IMG/VR virus record: IMGVR_UViG_3300046673_000058
Span: 8,782-72,781 of that record
Length of the DNA stretch: 64,000 nt
Reading direction: 5' to 3' (one strand)
From: a virus
The position numbers and the translations under genes are program-made. Below are positions 20,756-29,950 of this stretch, piece after piece. The notes below the pieces were generated by a model, which made no database searches, had not been told where the DNA came from, and saw nothing but the letters and a program-made list of their open reading frames with translations. Position 1 is the stretch's first letter, and every line of letters begins with the position of its first letter.

Positions 20756-21160
20756 TCACCATGTCTTATCAACCATCTGGTCACGCTTGAACGCCCGCTG
20801 GTGCCAATCGGCTTCATCTTCGGCAGGCGATATTCCACCCACGAAAATCCTAATCTGCCTGGCAGCCTTGCGGCGCAGTTCCTTAGCAAGTGCAACGAAA
20901 TGGTCATAACGCTGTTGATACGCCCCTTCCCAATCTCCTAACTTTTCCTGCGTAGAAGGTGCGAATTTAGCAACGAGTGCGTCTGCCGCCATAGCAGCAG
21001 CCATATAATAATTATTTTGTTGTTGAATAAAAAAACCCAGCTCCTCGTCTGAAAGGAGCTGGTGGTTGGTGTCGGTGTCCCCTATGAGGAACCGTACTAG
21101 GTCAACGTTGTATGTGCCATCCGGAAGGACGGCAGGCGTATTTCCGTATGTCCACGTCAT
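20756..21160 (-). CDS. Head-tail adaptor
   Basis: VRFLIGDTD....LLSDEE..FF motif; follows the capsid gene. Confidence 0.8.
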   Translation of the reverse strand: MTWTYGNTPAVLPDGTYNVDLVRFLIGDTDTNHQLLSDEELGFFIQQQNNYYMAAAMAADALVAKFAPSTQEKLGDWEGAYQQRYDHFVALAKELRRKAARQIRIFVGGISPAEDEADWHQRAFKRDQMVDKTW

Positions 21161-21206
21161 AGTTTAGAACACCTCTACCTAATTTTGCACTTTACGCTTC
21201 TAGCGT

Positions 21207-22277
21207 TTACGCGCTCGTGACTCCACTCATAAAGATGCCCAGGTCAGAAGCGATAAGCTTCATATCCATAGCCATCTCAGCCTCTATGCGCAGCGCACGT
21301 CTCCACTCAATGCGGAAGTCGCGGACAGCGAACCATCCGGCCCCTCCGGCATTTCCGTAGCCGCCGCCACCCATCAAGTAGCCAGTCCACCCGAAGGTGT
21401 AGCCAGCGCTCGGAGTGAGTAGCGAAGGTTGTGGGTTGCTGTAGCAGAGCAGAGCGTTCAACCCGTAAAGGAAGTCGGTGTCGGCTTCTGCCGTTGCAGC
21501 ACTTAGACCTTCTGCGCCGGAGTTCATCACGGCCATTGGCACAACTACGCGGTCAACACCGAGCACTTGTGCGAGGGCCTGCTCGCTCATAACTGCGGGG
21601 CTTCCCGGAGTTCCGCCGTATTTGATACGCTCGATGATGTCTGGGTGCATGCAGAGTGTTTCAAACACTTTCGGCCCGAGGACCAAAGTATTGGGAACAA
21701 ACCCTGTCTGTGCGGCCATTGCCATCTTGTAGTGGCGTATGTCCTGTACTGGAGTCGAATTTGTGTAGTCGTTCCAGTAGCAGATTGCCGAAGCGTGTGT
21801 ACCGTAGCCTGCGGTCAGGTTGTTGGCGGTGACGCCTGCGGGGTCCTGAAGAGCCCCTCCCTGGTTCCACTTGCCGGTTACGAAGTAGTTGTCAATAAAC
21901 TTCTTCTCTCTAGCAAGCAAAAGCTTCTGCGTCAGGAAGAGCGTCGAGTCACGCTGCATGTTCAACGGACTGTCTGCGTTCAACACTACCCTGTCGCCAA
22001 GGTCGTGGTGCAGTGCGTAGATGTCGCAGGAATAACTGTTTGACGAGTCAATCCCGTAGCCCGTACCTTCTGACTCAGCTCCGTCTGCACGAATCTTAGC
22101 CTCATTGGTGAACCAATAGGACTTCGTGTAGTAGAAGTATTTGTCACTCATCTTCTGGACTGGAATCATCGGGAAGATTTCTGCGGCTCTGTACGCCTGT
22201 TGCTGTTGTATATACGCAATCGATATGTTAGTCAACGGAACGTTCACGTGCACATCGGTTACAGTTGGTTGTGGCAT
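21207..22277 (-). CDS. Major capsid protein (HK97 fold)
   Basis: HV..PLTNISIAY.Q, A.EIFP.IPV, G..PNTLVLG and L..HP.I motifs; 356 aa after scaffold and decoration genes. Confidence 0.92.
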   Translation of the reverse strand: MPQPTVTDVHVNVPLTNISIAYIQQQQAYRAAEIFPMIPVQKMSDKYFYYTKSYWFTNEAKIRADGAESEGTGYGIDSSNSYSCDIYALHHDLGDRVVLNADSPLNMQRDSTLFLTQKLLLAREKKFIDNYFVTGKWNQGGALQDPAGVTANNLTAGYGTHASAICYWNDYTNSTPVQDIRHYKMAMAAQTGFVPNTLVLGPKVFETLCMHPDIIERIKYGGTPGSPAVMSEQALAQVLGVDRVVVPMAVMNSGAEGLSAATAEADTDFLYGLNALLCYSNPQPSLLTPSAGYTFGWTGYLMGGGGYGNAGGAGWFAVRDFRIEWRRALRIEAEMAMDMKLIASDLGIFMSGVTSA

Positions 22278-22290
22278 TTTTGTTTACCTC

Positions 22291-23073
22291 TTAGTTGTAC
22301 ATTATGTGCACTTCGAGCAGCCCGGTGTCACCTGCAAAGGTAAGTGTAGAAAGGCTTGCTATCGAGATTGTGTCCGTCGCTGGCGTTGAGAACGCCCCCC
22401 CACCTGTTACTGTACCTGTCTCTGTGATTGGCGTCCCTAACAGCTTTAGAGCCGCATTAGAACACACGCACGTGAGGCCAGTAACTGCCGTGGAATTGAC
22501 AACCAACGAGAGCGTCGTCGCGCCGCTTGTGCTTGCGACCTTCACAGGAACTGCATACATACCGGTAATCGTTCCGGTCCACCCAAGGGGTACTTGAATA
22601 GCAGTAACTGAACCACCTGCAGTGCCAAAGTTCACCATCGGAACGGTGACTGAGAACTGCCCTGCGCGGTAAACTGCGCCTTCTGCGATTCGGTTGGTGA
22701 GTGCAACTTCAATGATGCACGACACACCGCCGTTGCCTTCAACGGCAATAGCAACAACCACGTCGCTACCTTGGCTCTTTCGCAGCATTCCTGCGGTACT
22801 GGAGATTATAAGTCCGTCGCCCGCATTTATCGTGTCGTCAGCAGTGACCCAACACTTCGAGTGTCCGAGTTCACGGACTGCGCCTACTGTTGCTTTGGTT
22901 GACCCATCAGGGTTGTCCTGTAGGATGCCCAGCATCTTTTGGATTCCCGACGTTGCGAGTGCAAGGGTTGTGTTGTTCAGGTAGACTGCGCTAAACTGAC
23001 CCGCTTGCGCGGCGCTCATGTTCGAGGTTACTGGATACGTAAAGTCCCCAATAGGGATGTCGCCTGCGGTCAT
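22291..23073 (-). CDS. Capsid cement/decoration protein (DUF2190-like N-terminus plus extra domain)
   Basis: LGILQDNP...V..LG.SK..A...I.AGD motif; lies between scaffold and capsid genes. Confidence 0.65.
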   Translation of the reverse strand: MTAGDIPIGDFTYPVTSNMSAAQAGQFSAVYLNNTTLALATSGIQKMLGILQDNPDGSTKATVGAVRELGHSKCWVTADDTINAGDGLIISSTAGMLRKSQGSDVVVAIAVEGNGGVSCIIEVALTNRIAEGAVYRAGQFSVTVPMVNFGTAGGSVTAIQVPLGWTGTITGMYAVPVKVASTSGATTLSLVVNSTAVTGLTCVCSNAALKLLGTPITETGTVTGGGAFSTPATDTISIASLSTLTFAGDTGLLEVHIMYN

Positions 23074-24053
23074 AGTGTTTTCCTCTCGCGCATCATTTCC
23101 TCGTAAATCTCGGGGTGCGCTAATGTTTCTGCTGCCATCGCTGCTTCGATTGTCATACCTTCAGACTTCTCCACACGCGCTTTTGCGAGCGCAGCGAGCT
23201 TGCCTTCCGGAGTCCCTTCAATAGCGGCGGTCGAACCGACCTCTACGAAAAGATTTGACTCCTTGAGCCCCGCATCTGCGGCCTTGAAGATTCCTTCGAC
23301 AGCTTTAAAGGTTTCAGGCGAGAGTTTCTCGTCCATCTCCTTCAATAGCATGGCGAATTTCTCCGTCTTGGGCAGGTGCGTAAATTCGTCAGCCTTTGCG
23401 ACGAACTCTTTGACGCGCTTCTCTTCCTCCATCTTCTCTATCTTAGTCTCAAGTGTTTCATTGGCCTTGAACAGATAGCGAACGGGACCTTGAACGTCCT
23501 CAGGAAGGAGGTCGATGTCAGCCTCTTTGGTTATTTTTTCGAGGGCCTTCTGCACTGCAGAATCCTCGTCGGCTTTAGCCATTTTAGTGGCTTTCTTTGC
23601 CATTTTCTTTGCCTTCTTTTGTGGAACTTCTTCTTCGTCGTCTTCGTCGCCGTCAGGCTCTTCGTCCTCGTCGTCTTCCGTAGGTGCAGGTTTGGCTTTT
23701 TTCGTAGCCGCCTTCTTGAACCCAGCGGATTCCGCAAGCGTGTCGAAGATGTCAGAAGGAAGTTCTTCAGCATATGCCGTAGCCAGCTTCATGAGTGCAA
23801 CTGATACCTCAGTCGCATCCGTGGACAGGTCCGGCGTCTTCTTTTTTAGTGTTTCTCGCAGGTTGTCCTCTGTGCCCAAATCGGCCTTGAGGACTTCTGC
23901 ATAAGGTAATTCTTCCATGAATACCTCGTTGTTCTCTATGGGTGCGCCGTCTTCTTTCAGGATTTTGAACCGCTTACGATTCGCACCCTGTTTGACTAGC
24001 GAGATTTCAGTTACCACAAGGTCTTGGAGCTCGGTCGGCTCTTTATTAGCCAT
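23070..24053 (-). CDS. Scaffolding protein
   Basis: Acidic/Lys-rich coiled coil ending in HPEIYEE; N-terminal EISLVKQGAN motif. Confidence 0.75.
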   Translation of the reverse strand: MANKEPTELQDLVVTEISLVKQGANRKRFKILKEDGAPIENNEVFMEELPYAEVLKADLGTEDNLRETLKKKTPDLSTDATEVSVALMKLATAYAEELPSDIFDTLAESAGFKKAATKKAKPAPTEDDEDEEPDGDEDDEEEVPQKKAKKMAKKATKMAKADEDSAVQKALEKITKEADIDLLPEDVQGPVRYLFKANETLETKIEKMEEEKRVKEFVAKADEFTHLPKTEKFAMLLKEMDEKLSPETFKAVEGIFKAADAGLKESNLFVEVGSTAAIEGTPEGKLAALAKARVEKSEGMTIEAAMAAETLAHPEIYEEMMRERKTL

Positions 24054-24148
24054 GGCTCATGCCTCCTTGAGATTTCCCAAATAAAACGAGCAGCGAAGCT
24101 AAGGCTAGTGCGCCATTTGTATCAACCTTGTCGGTCACTCGCGCCTGG

Positions 24149-24577
24149 TTACTCCGCTGTTGGGTTTGCTTCTACGCGCACCCCGGTGCCTCCGATTGAA
24201 AACGCTGAAAGTTCTCCACTCTCAACTTTCTTCCAGAGGGCATCGTCATTTATCTTGACGCCTACGACCCAGGACCCCTTGACGATTTTTTCGCCGTCCA
24301 CGACCATATCAACGGGCGTGATTTGGTTCTCCACGATTACGGCTTTTGCCGTGCCTTTGTGCTGATTTCCGACAATGCGGCTTTTTTCCATAAAGTCCCA
24401 AGCCGCTTTTCTCAAGGTTTCTGGTTTTATCCAGTCTCCTTGCGAATCGGTTTCACACGTACCACCCTTTTGACAAGGTGAGTAGACCACGCCGTAAACA
24501 ACGCGTGGTTTTTTGGCATCGGCCTGCTTCAACAGGCGTATCGTGTGTTGCCAGGTCGCTTTGTTTTTGTTTAACAT
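24149..24577 (-). CDS. XkdF-like prohead serine protease (Peptidase_S78_2)
   Basis: VYGVVY.P, D.QGD, AA..FM, QH, GSWVVGVK and W.KV..GE..AFSIGG motifs. Confidence 0.88.
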   Translation of the reverse strand: MLNKNKATWQHTIRLLKQADAKKPRVVYGVVYSPCQKGGTCETDSQGDWIKPETLRKAAWDFMEKSRIVGNQHKGTAKAVIVENQITPVDMVVDGEKIVKGSWVVGVKINDDALWKKVESGELSAFSIGGTGVRVEANPTAE

Positions 24578-24601
24578 GTAAAGATTCTCATTGGTGACTA
24601 T

Positions 24602-25228
24602 TTAACTATTACGTAATTGTAGGTACTCTTCGTGCGTCTTTGTGCCCTTTTGTAGGTTACATCGTGCACAGCTTATGGCTATATTTGAGATATCATTCTT
24701 GCCGCCACGCGATATTGGGGTCTTGTGCTCAATATGAACTTCCTTATCGAATGAGGCGTAAAGCAGTTCACCACAATAGAAACAGAATCCTTCTTGCTGC
24801 TCAAATAACTCGTTTAGTTCTTTGAAAGTGAATGTGCCGCCATTATTCTTTTTGCGTGCGCGGTGATTGTTATTGTTTATCCGTCGCTTTTCGGGGTTAT
24901 CCCTGCGCCATCTGCGCGATTTTTCTCGGTTGTATTCTCTGCGGGTCTTTCTGTATTCGCGCTCATATTCTGGGTGCTCTTCCCGCCACGTAATATCATA
25001 GTCGTGTTTTTTATCGTGGTTATTTACACACCATTCGCGTTTGGCTTCGAGACATTGTTCACACGTTTTATAATGAGGGGAGCTCACAGGTTTACCACAG
25101 CTAGAGCACACCCCGTCATGAAACGTATCTCTACGTCTTTGCATCCATTCGCGAGCGCGTTTGCGGCAAGACGCACACCTCTTATAGCGGTCTTCTTCAA
25201 CCTCACGACTACAATGGGTGCACTTCAT
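24602..25228 (-). CDS. HNH endonuclease (homing-type)
   Basis: CFYC...HIEHKTPISRGG.N...N...SC..CN..K; N-terminal Cys pairs. Confidence 0.92.
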   Translation of the reverse strand: MKCTHCSREVEEDRYKRCASCRKRAREWMQRRRDTFHDGVCSSCGKPVSSPHYKTCEQCLEAKREWCVNNHDKKHDYDITWREEHPEYEREYRKTRREYNREKSRRWRRDNPEKRRINNNNHRARKKNNGGTFTFKELNELFEQQEGFCFYCGELLYASFDKEVHIEHKTPISRGGKNDISNIAISCARCNLQKGTKTHEEYLQLRNS

Positions 25229-25291
25229 CTCGATTCTAACTCACCATTTGCCCCGATTCGTTATAAAGGAACGTAGCGTGCCCTGGAAGTA

Positions 25292-26617
25292 TTATCTGCG
25301 CTTCTCCAGACTCTTTCTAAGTCTGCCGTATTCCAGATAATTAAGCTTAGCCTGCACCATCTTCTTGAGTTGCTCCCGCTTGCGTATGAGCTCTTGATTG
25401 GTTCGAGGGGTTCCCAACGCATTCGGGTGGGGCAATGTCACCGCGACCTCTGTCCCTAACGACTTCTTCACAGTATGCCCCAATGCTACGACTATCGGCT
25501 CACTTGCCGCAGAGCGCCTCACTTGCTGCTCATCTTTCCAGAATGACTCAGCTTTAATCTCCGACTCTGTTGGCTCTCTTACCTTACCCGCTTCATCCTT
25601 CAACAGACGCGGGATTAAGTACGTAATAGCTATATCATCCCTCGTGATGCCCATTGGCTCAAGGTACTGTTCGTTGAATATTCTACCACTAGGGCCAACG
25701 AGTGCTTCCTTGCGGAGGGATTCAATTACGCCGGGACTCGCCGCTACAAACGTAACGAGTGGCTGCGAGCCGGTGAATGGCTCCACGGTTGTATCAACCT
25801 TTGTGACTTCTTTAATTTCTTCAACTTCTTCTGCTTCTTCTGCCTTCACGGTTTTCTCCTGCTTTTTGGCCTTCTCTTCTTTTTTAGCGGATTTAGAACT
25901 AGACTCTTCATCTTTTGCACGCGCTGCTATCTCATCGACCGTTCCAAAGTGACACTTTTCAACGTCACTCTCTGCGGACTTCTGCGTGATAGCACCCCAT
26001 TTAAGCGGCGCCCCTGCGGTACTCTCCGTTCCTGCGGCGTCCGCCTTTGCTTTGAGCGCGGCTACAAGCTGTGCGTGGAACCAGTTCATATCGGCCTGTG
26101 AGAATCCGGACAGGAGATTACCCTGCGCGGCCCACATCGCCATGCGCCGATTGTATGCGGTGAGGTCTGCGGTGCTCTTGGTCTTAACTTCCGCGGCGAG
26201 TTTTGATTTCTCCGGGTCCGTGAGTGACTTTTCTATTTCTGAACCTTCATCGGATTTCTTCATCTTCATGCAGTTGTCTGCGACTTTTTGGCAGTCAGGG
26301 TGTAGTTTTTCTTCTTGCTTCTCAACTTCTGGCTCTTCTTTAGCTACAGGTGGCTGCATCTCTACCGCTGCTGGTGCACTTTCAGGCTCCGATGATGCAG
26401 TAGTGGCGCTTGTAGCAGCCGACCTTGCCTTTCCAGAGTTGCGTCCGCCTGCTTTATTCCGTGCCTTCGAGTTTATATGGTCCCAGACCGTCTTAGGCAG
26501 GTATTCTTTCGCAGCGGCGCGCAGTTCTTCGAAATACTCTTTAGAGTACTCCCTAGCGGCGCCGTCTTTCTCTATTTCGTCAGTCTCAACTTTTTCAACA
26601 GTTGTTTCTTCACTCAT
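25292..26617 (-). CDS. Head-module protein with C-terminal degenerate uracil-DNA-glycosylase (family 4)-like domain
   Basis: FVAASPG..E....LVGPSG..F...G..R....IT, R.PT..EI, IVVALG and LPHP motifs follow the UDG4 motif order. Confidence 0.65.
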   Translation of the reverse strand: MSEETTVEKVETDEIEKDGAAREYSKEYFEELRAAAKEYLPKTVWDHINSKARNKAGGRNSGKARSAATSATTASSEPESAPAAVEMQPPVAKEEPEVEKQEEKLHPDCQKVADNCMKMKKSDEGSEIEKSLTDPEKSKLAAEVKTKSTADLTAYNRRMAMWAAQGNLLSGFSQADMNWFHAQLVAALKAKADAAGTESTAGAPLKWGAITQKSAESDVEKCHFGTVDEIAARAKDEESSSKSAKKEEKAKKQEKTVKAEEAEEVEEIKEVTKVDTTVEPFTGSQPLVTFVAASPGVIESLRKEALVGPSGRIFNEQYLEPMGITRDDIAITYLIPRLLKDEAGKVREPTESEIKAESFWKDEQQVRRSAASEPIVVALGHTVKKSLGTEVAVTLPHPNALGTPRTNQELIRKREQLKKMVQAKLNYLEYGRLRKSLEKRR

Positions 26618-26862
26618 TTCTTTACCTTTATAGGGGCGTCCGCAATGTGCATCTTCAACGCACGATTGACCCCTTTTAGCTGATTTCGTATGTCTTTTAG
26701 TTGTAACGTAAGCACCTTGACCTGTGAATCTAAGTCGAGGTCCGGTGCGTAGTTCTCGGCAGTCTGATACTCGGGTTCTTCAATAGCCGGTTTCATTGTG
26801 AGCCATGAGTAATCATGGTATTCTTGGCTTTGGTTTCCGCAAGAGATTTTATTCTGCTTCAT
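26614..26862 (-). CDS. Small coiled-coil hypothetical protein
   Basis: Overlaps the next start codon (ATGA coupling). Confidence 0.55.
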   Translation of the reverse strand: MKQNKISCGNQSQEYHDYSWLTMKPAIEEPEYQTAENYAPDLDLDSQVKVLTLQLKDIRNQLKGVNRALKMHIADAPIKVKK

Positions 26863-26941
26863 CGCTTGACCTTAGGATACGCGCGTCGTGATGGCACTAT
26901 CCTCTTTGAATACCACTTACGGTAAGCAGTTCTTAGAATAC

Positions 26942-29773
26942 TCATCGCTTTGCCTTCTTCTTCTTGCCGCCAAGTGGTGCGTTAACGTGAACATCCCCCG
27001 CACTCGGCTGCCCCGACTTAGCCTGCGACCCATACTCACTCGTCGCCGGTGTCTCCACGTTTAACCTTTGTTGGCGTTCAGTAGTATCCGCCGCCGTTTG
27101 CCCCGGAAGCATTGCGTCCGCCGCTGTCTGTTGCGGTGGCGCGGCCGTCTGTCCCGGAAGTAATGAATCAGCCGGTGGTTTTACCTCTGCGTCCTCGGGT
27201 TCAGGCTCTGTGGGGAGGTGTAAGATGTTCCAAATCTTGTTTCTAAAGTCCACAGTGTCTGGAATTGTGACACCCCCGCGTGCAAGTAGGGATATTGCAT
27301 TTGCTATGTCAAGTCCCGCACTTGAGGCGATATCTCCGTGGGTGAGTTTTGGTAGTGACTGGGGGTTTATGTTGGCGTTGAGCCTCGCTAATCTCGGTAC
27401 CGCATACGAGTTAATCGTCTCTGCTATCGAATCGAGTATTGCGGTTATTGATAGACTAAAGATGTCGTTCCGCGTTTCCGCTAAGGCGTATGAGCCGGTT
27501 TGGTCCTGCCCCAACATCAGGAAATCCGCGAGAACAGTCATCGCTATCATCTTGTTGTATCTGTTGATTATATCCCCCGTCATGAACTGCCGCTGGCTCG
27601 AGGGGCCTAAGAGTTGAATGTCGTACATTAACCCAGGGCCGCCGTCTTCGGGTGGGTAAAGTGTGGAGGGGAGGATTATGCCCTCGTCCTGGTTCCTGTG
27701 GATGTTGGTGATGACTTGTTTATAATAATCGCGGGCGCTAACAGCGTCCGCGTCTGAACCGAGCAGGACATTCTCAGGTACTCTCATAATAGGAATGCCT
27801 GCGAGGTCACGCTCAACGCCGATGGCTTCGATGTCTTCGATATTTTTCTTCAAATACCACGAACGGTACGCACCACGAAGCATACTGACGCCTTCTGGGT
27901 TCCCTTTGCGTGGTTTAACCCTGAAGAGTAGGGATTTCTCCATCGGTATCTCAGTTATGCGGTAGTGTGGTGGGGCCAATTGAACCATGGCCACGACGCC
28001 GCCGTTAACGTCGAAGTCCCACCTAAGCAAACTTTCTTGGGTTCTGATGGCCCATTTTCTCCACCCTATGCGGCCGTCGTCGAAGTTGCTGTCGAGGGTT
28101 GGGTCGTCAGGGTGCGGCCCCTCGCGCTTTTTATAAACTTGCTCAAGCCAGCAGTTAGAAACAATTATTGGCCCCGCACAGAACGTGTGGTCTTCCTCTA
28201 CTTCTAAGTCATAGACCGGCCCTTCATAATACACACGTTTAATCGAAACTATCTTATGTCCTAATGCTTCGTCATAAACTTTAACTTGAAGACCCTGCTG
28301 CTTTGCTCCACCGTTGGTTTCAGATTTCTCCGAGAGCCACCGCCACGCGGTGACGTAAGATACACCACATTCTTTAGCAACTTCGTGTAGTGTTTTTCCG
28401 TCTTCCCTAAGCTTCCGCGCTTTACCTTCTAATTCTGAGCGTTTCCAATCTGTTATTCTTGCAGGAAGCGCACCTACCTTGTACGCCACACCATCAAAAC
28501 GTATGGGTGATGGTAATCCGAGTGCACCCGCGATTAGTTGCATTTGCTGCGCTAGTGACTTGCTTACTGTTGTTACTGCGCTTATTGTGAACCCTTTGGA
28601 CTGGGATACAAAACCATCACCCCATAACCAACCGTCAAATAGGCCACACGCAAATTCTTTTTCTTCGGGCAATTTTGAGAGCCGCTTATCGTGCGCATTA
28701 TCACCCAACACCCACGAATCAATAAGCTCTCGGAAACGCGGGTGTGAGATAGTAACCCGCCCTGAATTTGGCCTATCTTTACCTATAACTGGATACCGCC
28801 CCGCTTTCAAAGAACTAAGGTGGTGGTGTTTCTCAGCACCTTCACGTTCCATCCATTCGTCTATCTGGTTAGCAAGTTCTTCAACTTCTTTTGTGTGAAC
28901 GTCAAACATAACGCGGGTTCTATCTGGTGCTCTACTCCCTTCTGCTACATACGCACCAACTAGCCACCCGGATAAGTAGTCGCCACCTTCTTTGAGTTTA
29001 GGGCGCGGACGTAATACGATGTCCCCGGTGTTCAGCTCACCTGCGGTTTTCCATCCGTCCTTTGTTGGGAGTTGGTGCTCAGGCGTCATCTGTATCGGAT
29101 GTGGGTACCCAAGTATCTTTAGTTCCACCAAATCGCCAGTGTATTCGCGGGTGTAAATTTTTGTTACTGCGCGTGCGCGGCCATGCTTAGTGAGAACTAA
29201 ATCACCTAGTTTGACGTCCTGTATCTTGATAGGAACGCCTGTACCGTTTAGAATCATTTGATTAGTAGGTATGCACCAACCAAATATAAACATACTGAGT
29301 ATTTCAGCTAACGTGTCTTCCCAGTTGACACTCATATCTTCAAACAAACACTGGCTAAAGAACTCTGCGGCCTGTTCGTCTTCCGGTGAATCGCCACCGG
29401 GTTCAAACGACCAATCTACCGAGCGACATACCATTTCAACGGCGTAAAAGATTGACGAGATAATGGCATCATTGGTTGCCATTTCCTTATAAATCTTGAC
29501 GCCTTTTTGCTGTTGGAGCTCTGGTAACCACTCTTCCCAGATGTACGGGCCCAAACGGAATAATCCGGTCGTGCCGTATTCCTGGAAGTAATTAATATTA
29601 CTGGGCCGCGTGATTGAGGCCCCTTGTGAATCAAGCGTGGGGAAATCTGCAGGACTCAACCCGCCGCCACCAGACGTAACAGGCTGCTTGGAGATACGTT
29701 CAGCATCTTCTTTTGTTATCTTCTTTTTTCTTGGCGGCATTTTGTTAAAACCTTTTGAACCTTTCGAATGCAA
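26942..29773 (-). CDS. Portal protein (Mu gp29/DUF935-like) containing an intein
   Basis: Directly after TerL; Y.EM...D, NPEG.S.LR..Y..W..K, E....ERDL.G.P, II.RY...IA and GSYAL motifs. Confidence 0.92.
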   Translation of the reverse strand: MHSKGSKGFNKMPPRKKKITKEDAERISKQPVTSGGGGLSPADFPTLDSQGASITRPSNINYFQEYGTTGLFRLGPYIWEEWLPELQQQKGVKIYKEMATNDAIISSIFYAVEMVCRSVDWSFEPGGDSPEDEQAAEFFSQCLFEDMSVNWEDTLAEILSMFIFGWCIPTNQMILNGTGVPIKIQDVKLGDLVLTKHGRARAVTKIYTREYTGDLVELKILGYPHPIQMTPEHQLPTKDGWKTAGELNTGDIVLRPRPKLKEGGDYLSGWLVGAYVAEGSRAPDRTRVMFDVHTKEVEELANQIDEWMEREGAEKHHHLSSLKAGRYPVIGKDRPNSGRVTISHPRFRELIDSWVLGDNAHDKRLSKLPEEKEFACGLFDGWLWGDGFVSQSKGFTISAVTTVSKSLAQQMQLIAGALGLPSPIRFDGVAYKVGALPARITDWKRSELEGKARKLREDGKTLHEVAKECGVSYVTAWRWLSEKSETNGGAKQQGLQVKVYDEALGHKIVSIKRVYYEGPVYDLEVEEDHTFCAGPIIVSNCWLEQVYKKREGPHPDDPTLDSNFDDGRIGWRKWAIRTQESLLRWDFDVNGGVVAMVQLAPPHYRITEIPMEKSLLFRVKPRKGNPEGVSMLRGAYRSWYLKKNIEDIEAIGVERDLAGIPIMRVPENVLLGSDADAVSARDYYKQVITNIHRNQDEGIILPSTLYPPEDGGPGLMYDIQLLGPSSQRQFMTGDIINRYNKMIAMTVLADFLMLGQDQTGSYALAETRNDIFSLSITAILDSIAETINSYAVPRLARLNANINPQSLPKLTHGDIASSAGLDIANAISLLARGGVTIPDTVDFRNKIWNILHLPTEPEPEDAEVKPPADSLLPGQTAAPPQQTAADAMLPGQTAADTTERQQRLNVETPATSEYGSQAKSGQPSAGDVHVNAPLGGKKKKAKR
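28154..29275 (-). mobile_element. Intein (374 aa) with LAGLIDADG homing endonuclease
   Basis: Starts CIPTNQMI after FGW; block B MTPEH; LAGLIDADG-like LVGAYVAEGS and LFDGWLWGDG; ends VYDLEVEEDHTF...IVSN followed by Cys+1. Confidence 0.93.
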
Positions 29774-29950
29774 TCATCATTTAATCATCAGCTAATCATC
29801 AGAATAATCACTTCAATTCAGAAACGCACGTGCGCCTTGACCAACGTGATTTTCTCTCTCCGTAAGATGATAACTTACGTGATTGGTTGGCCTGTGCGTG
29901 GCATTGTGAGCACCACCCCTGAATTGTGCACCATTGGCGGCAATCGGAGC

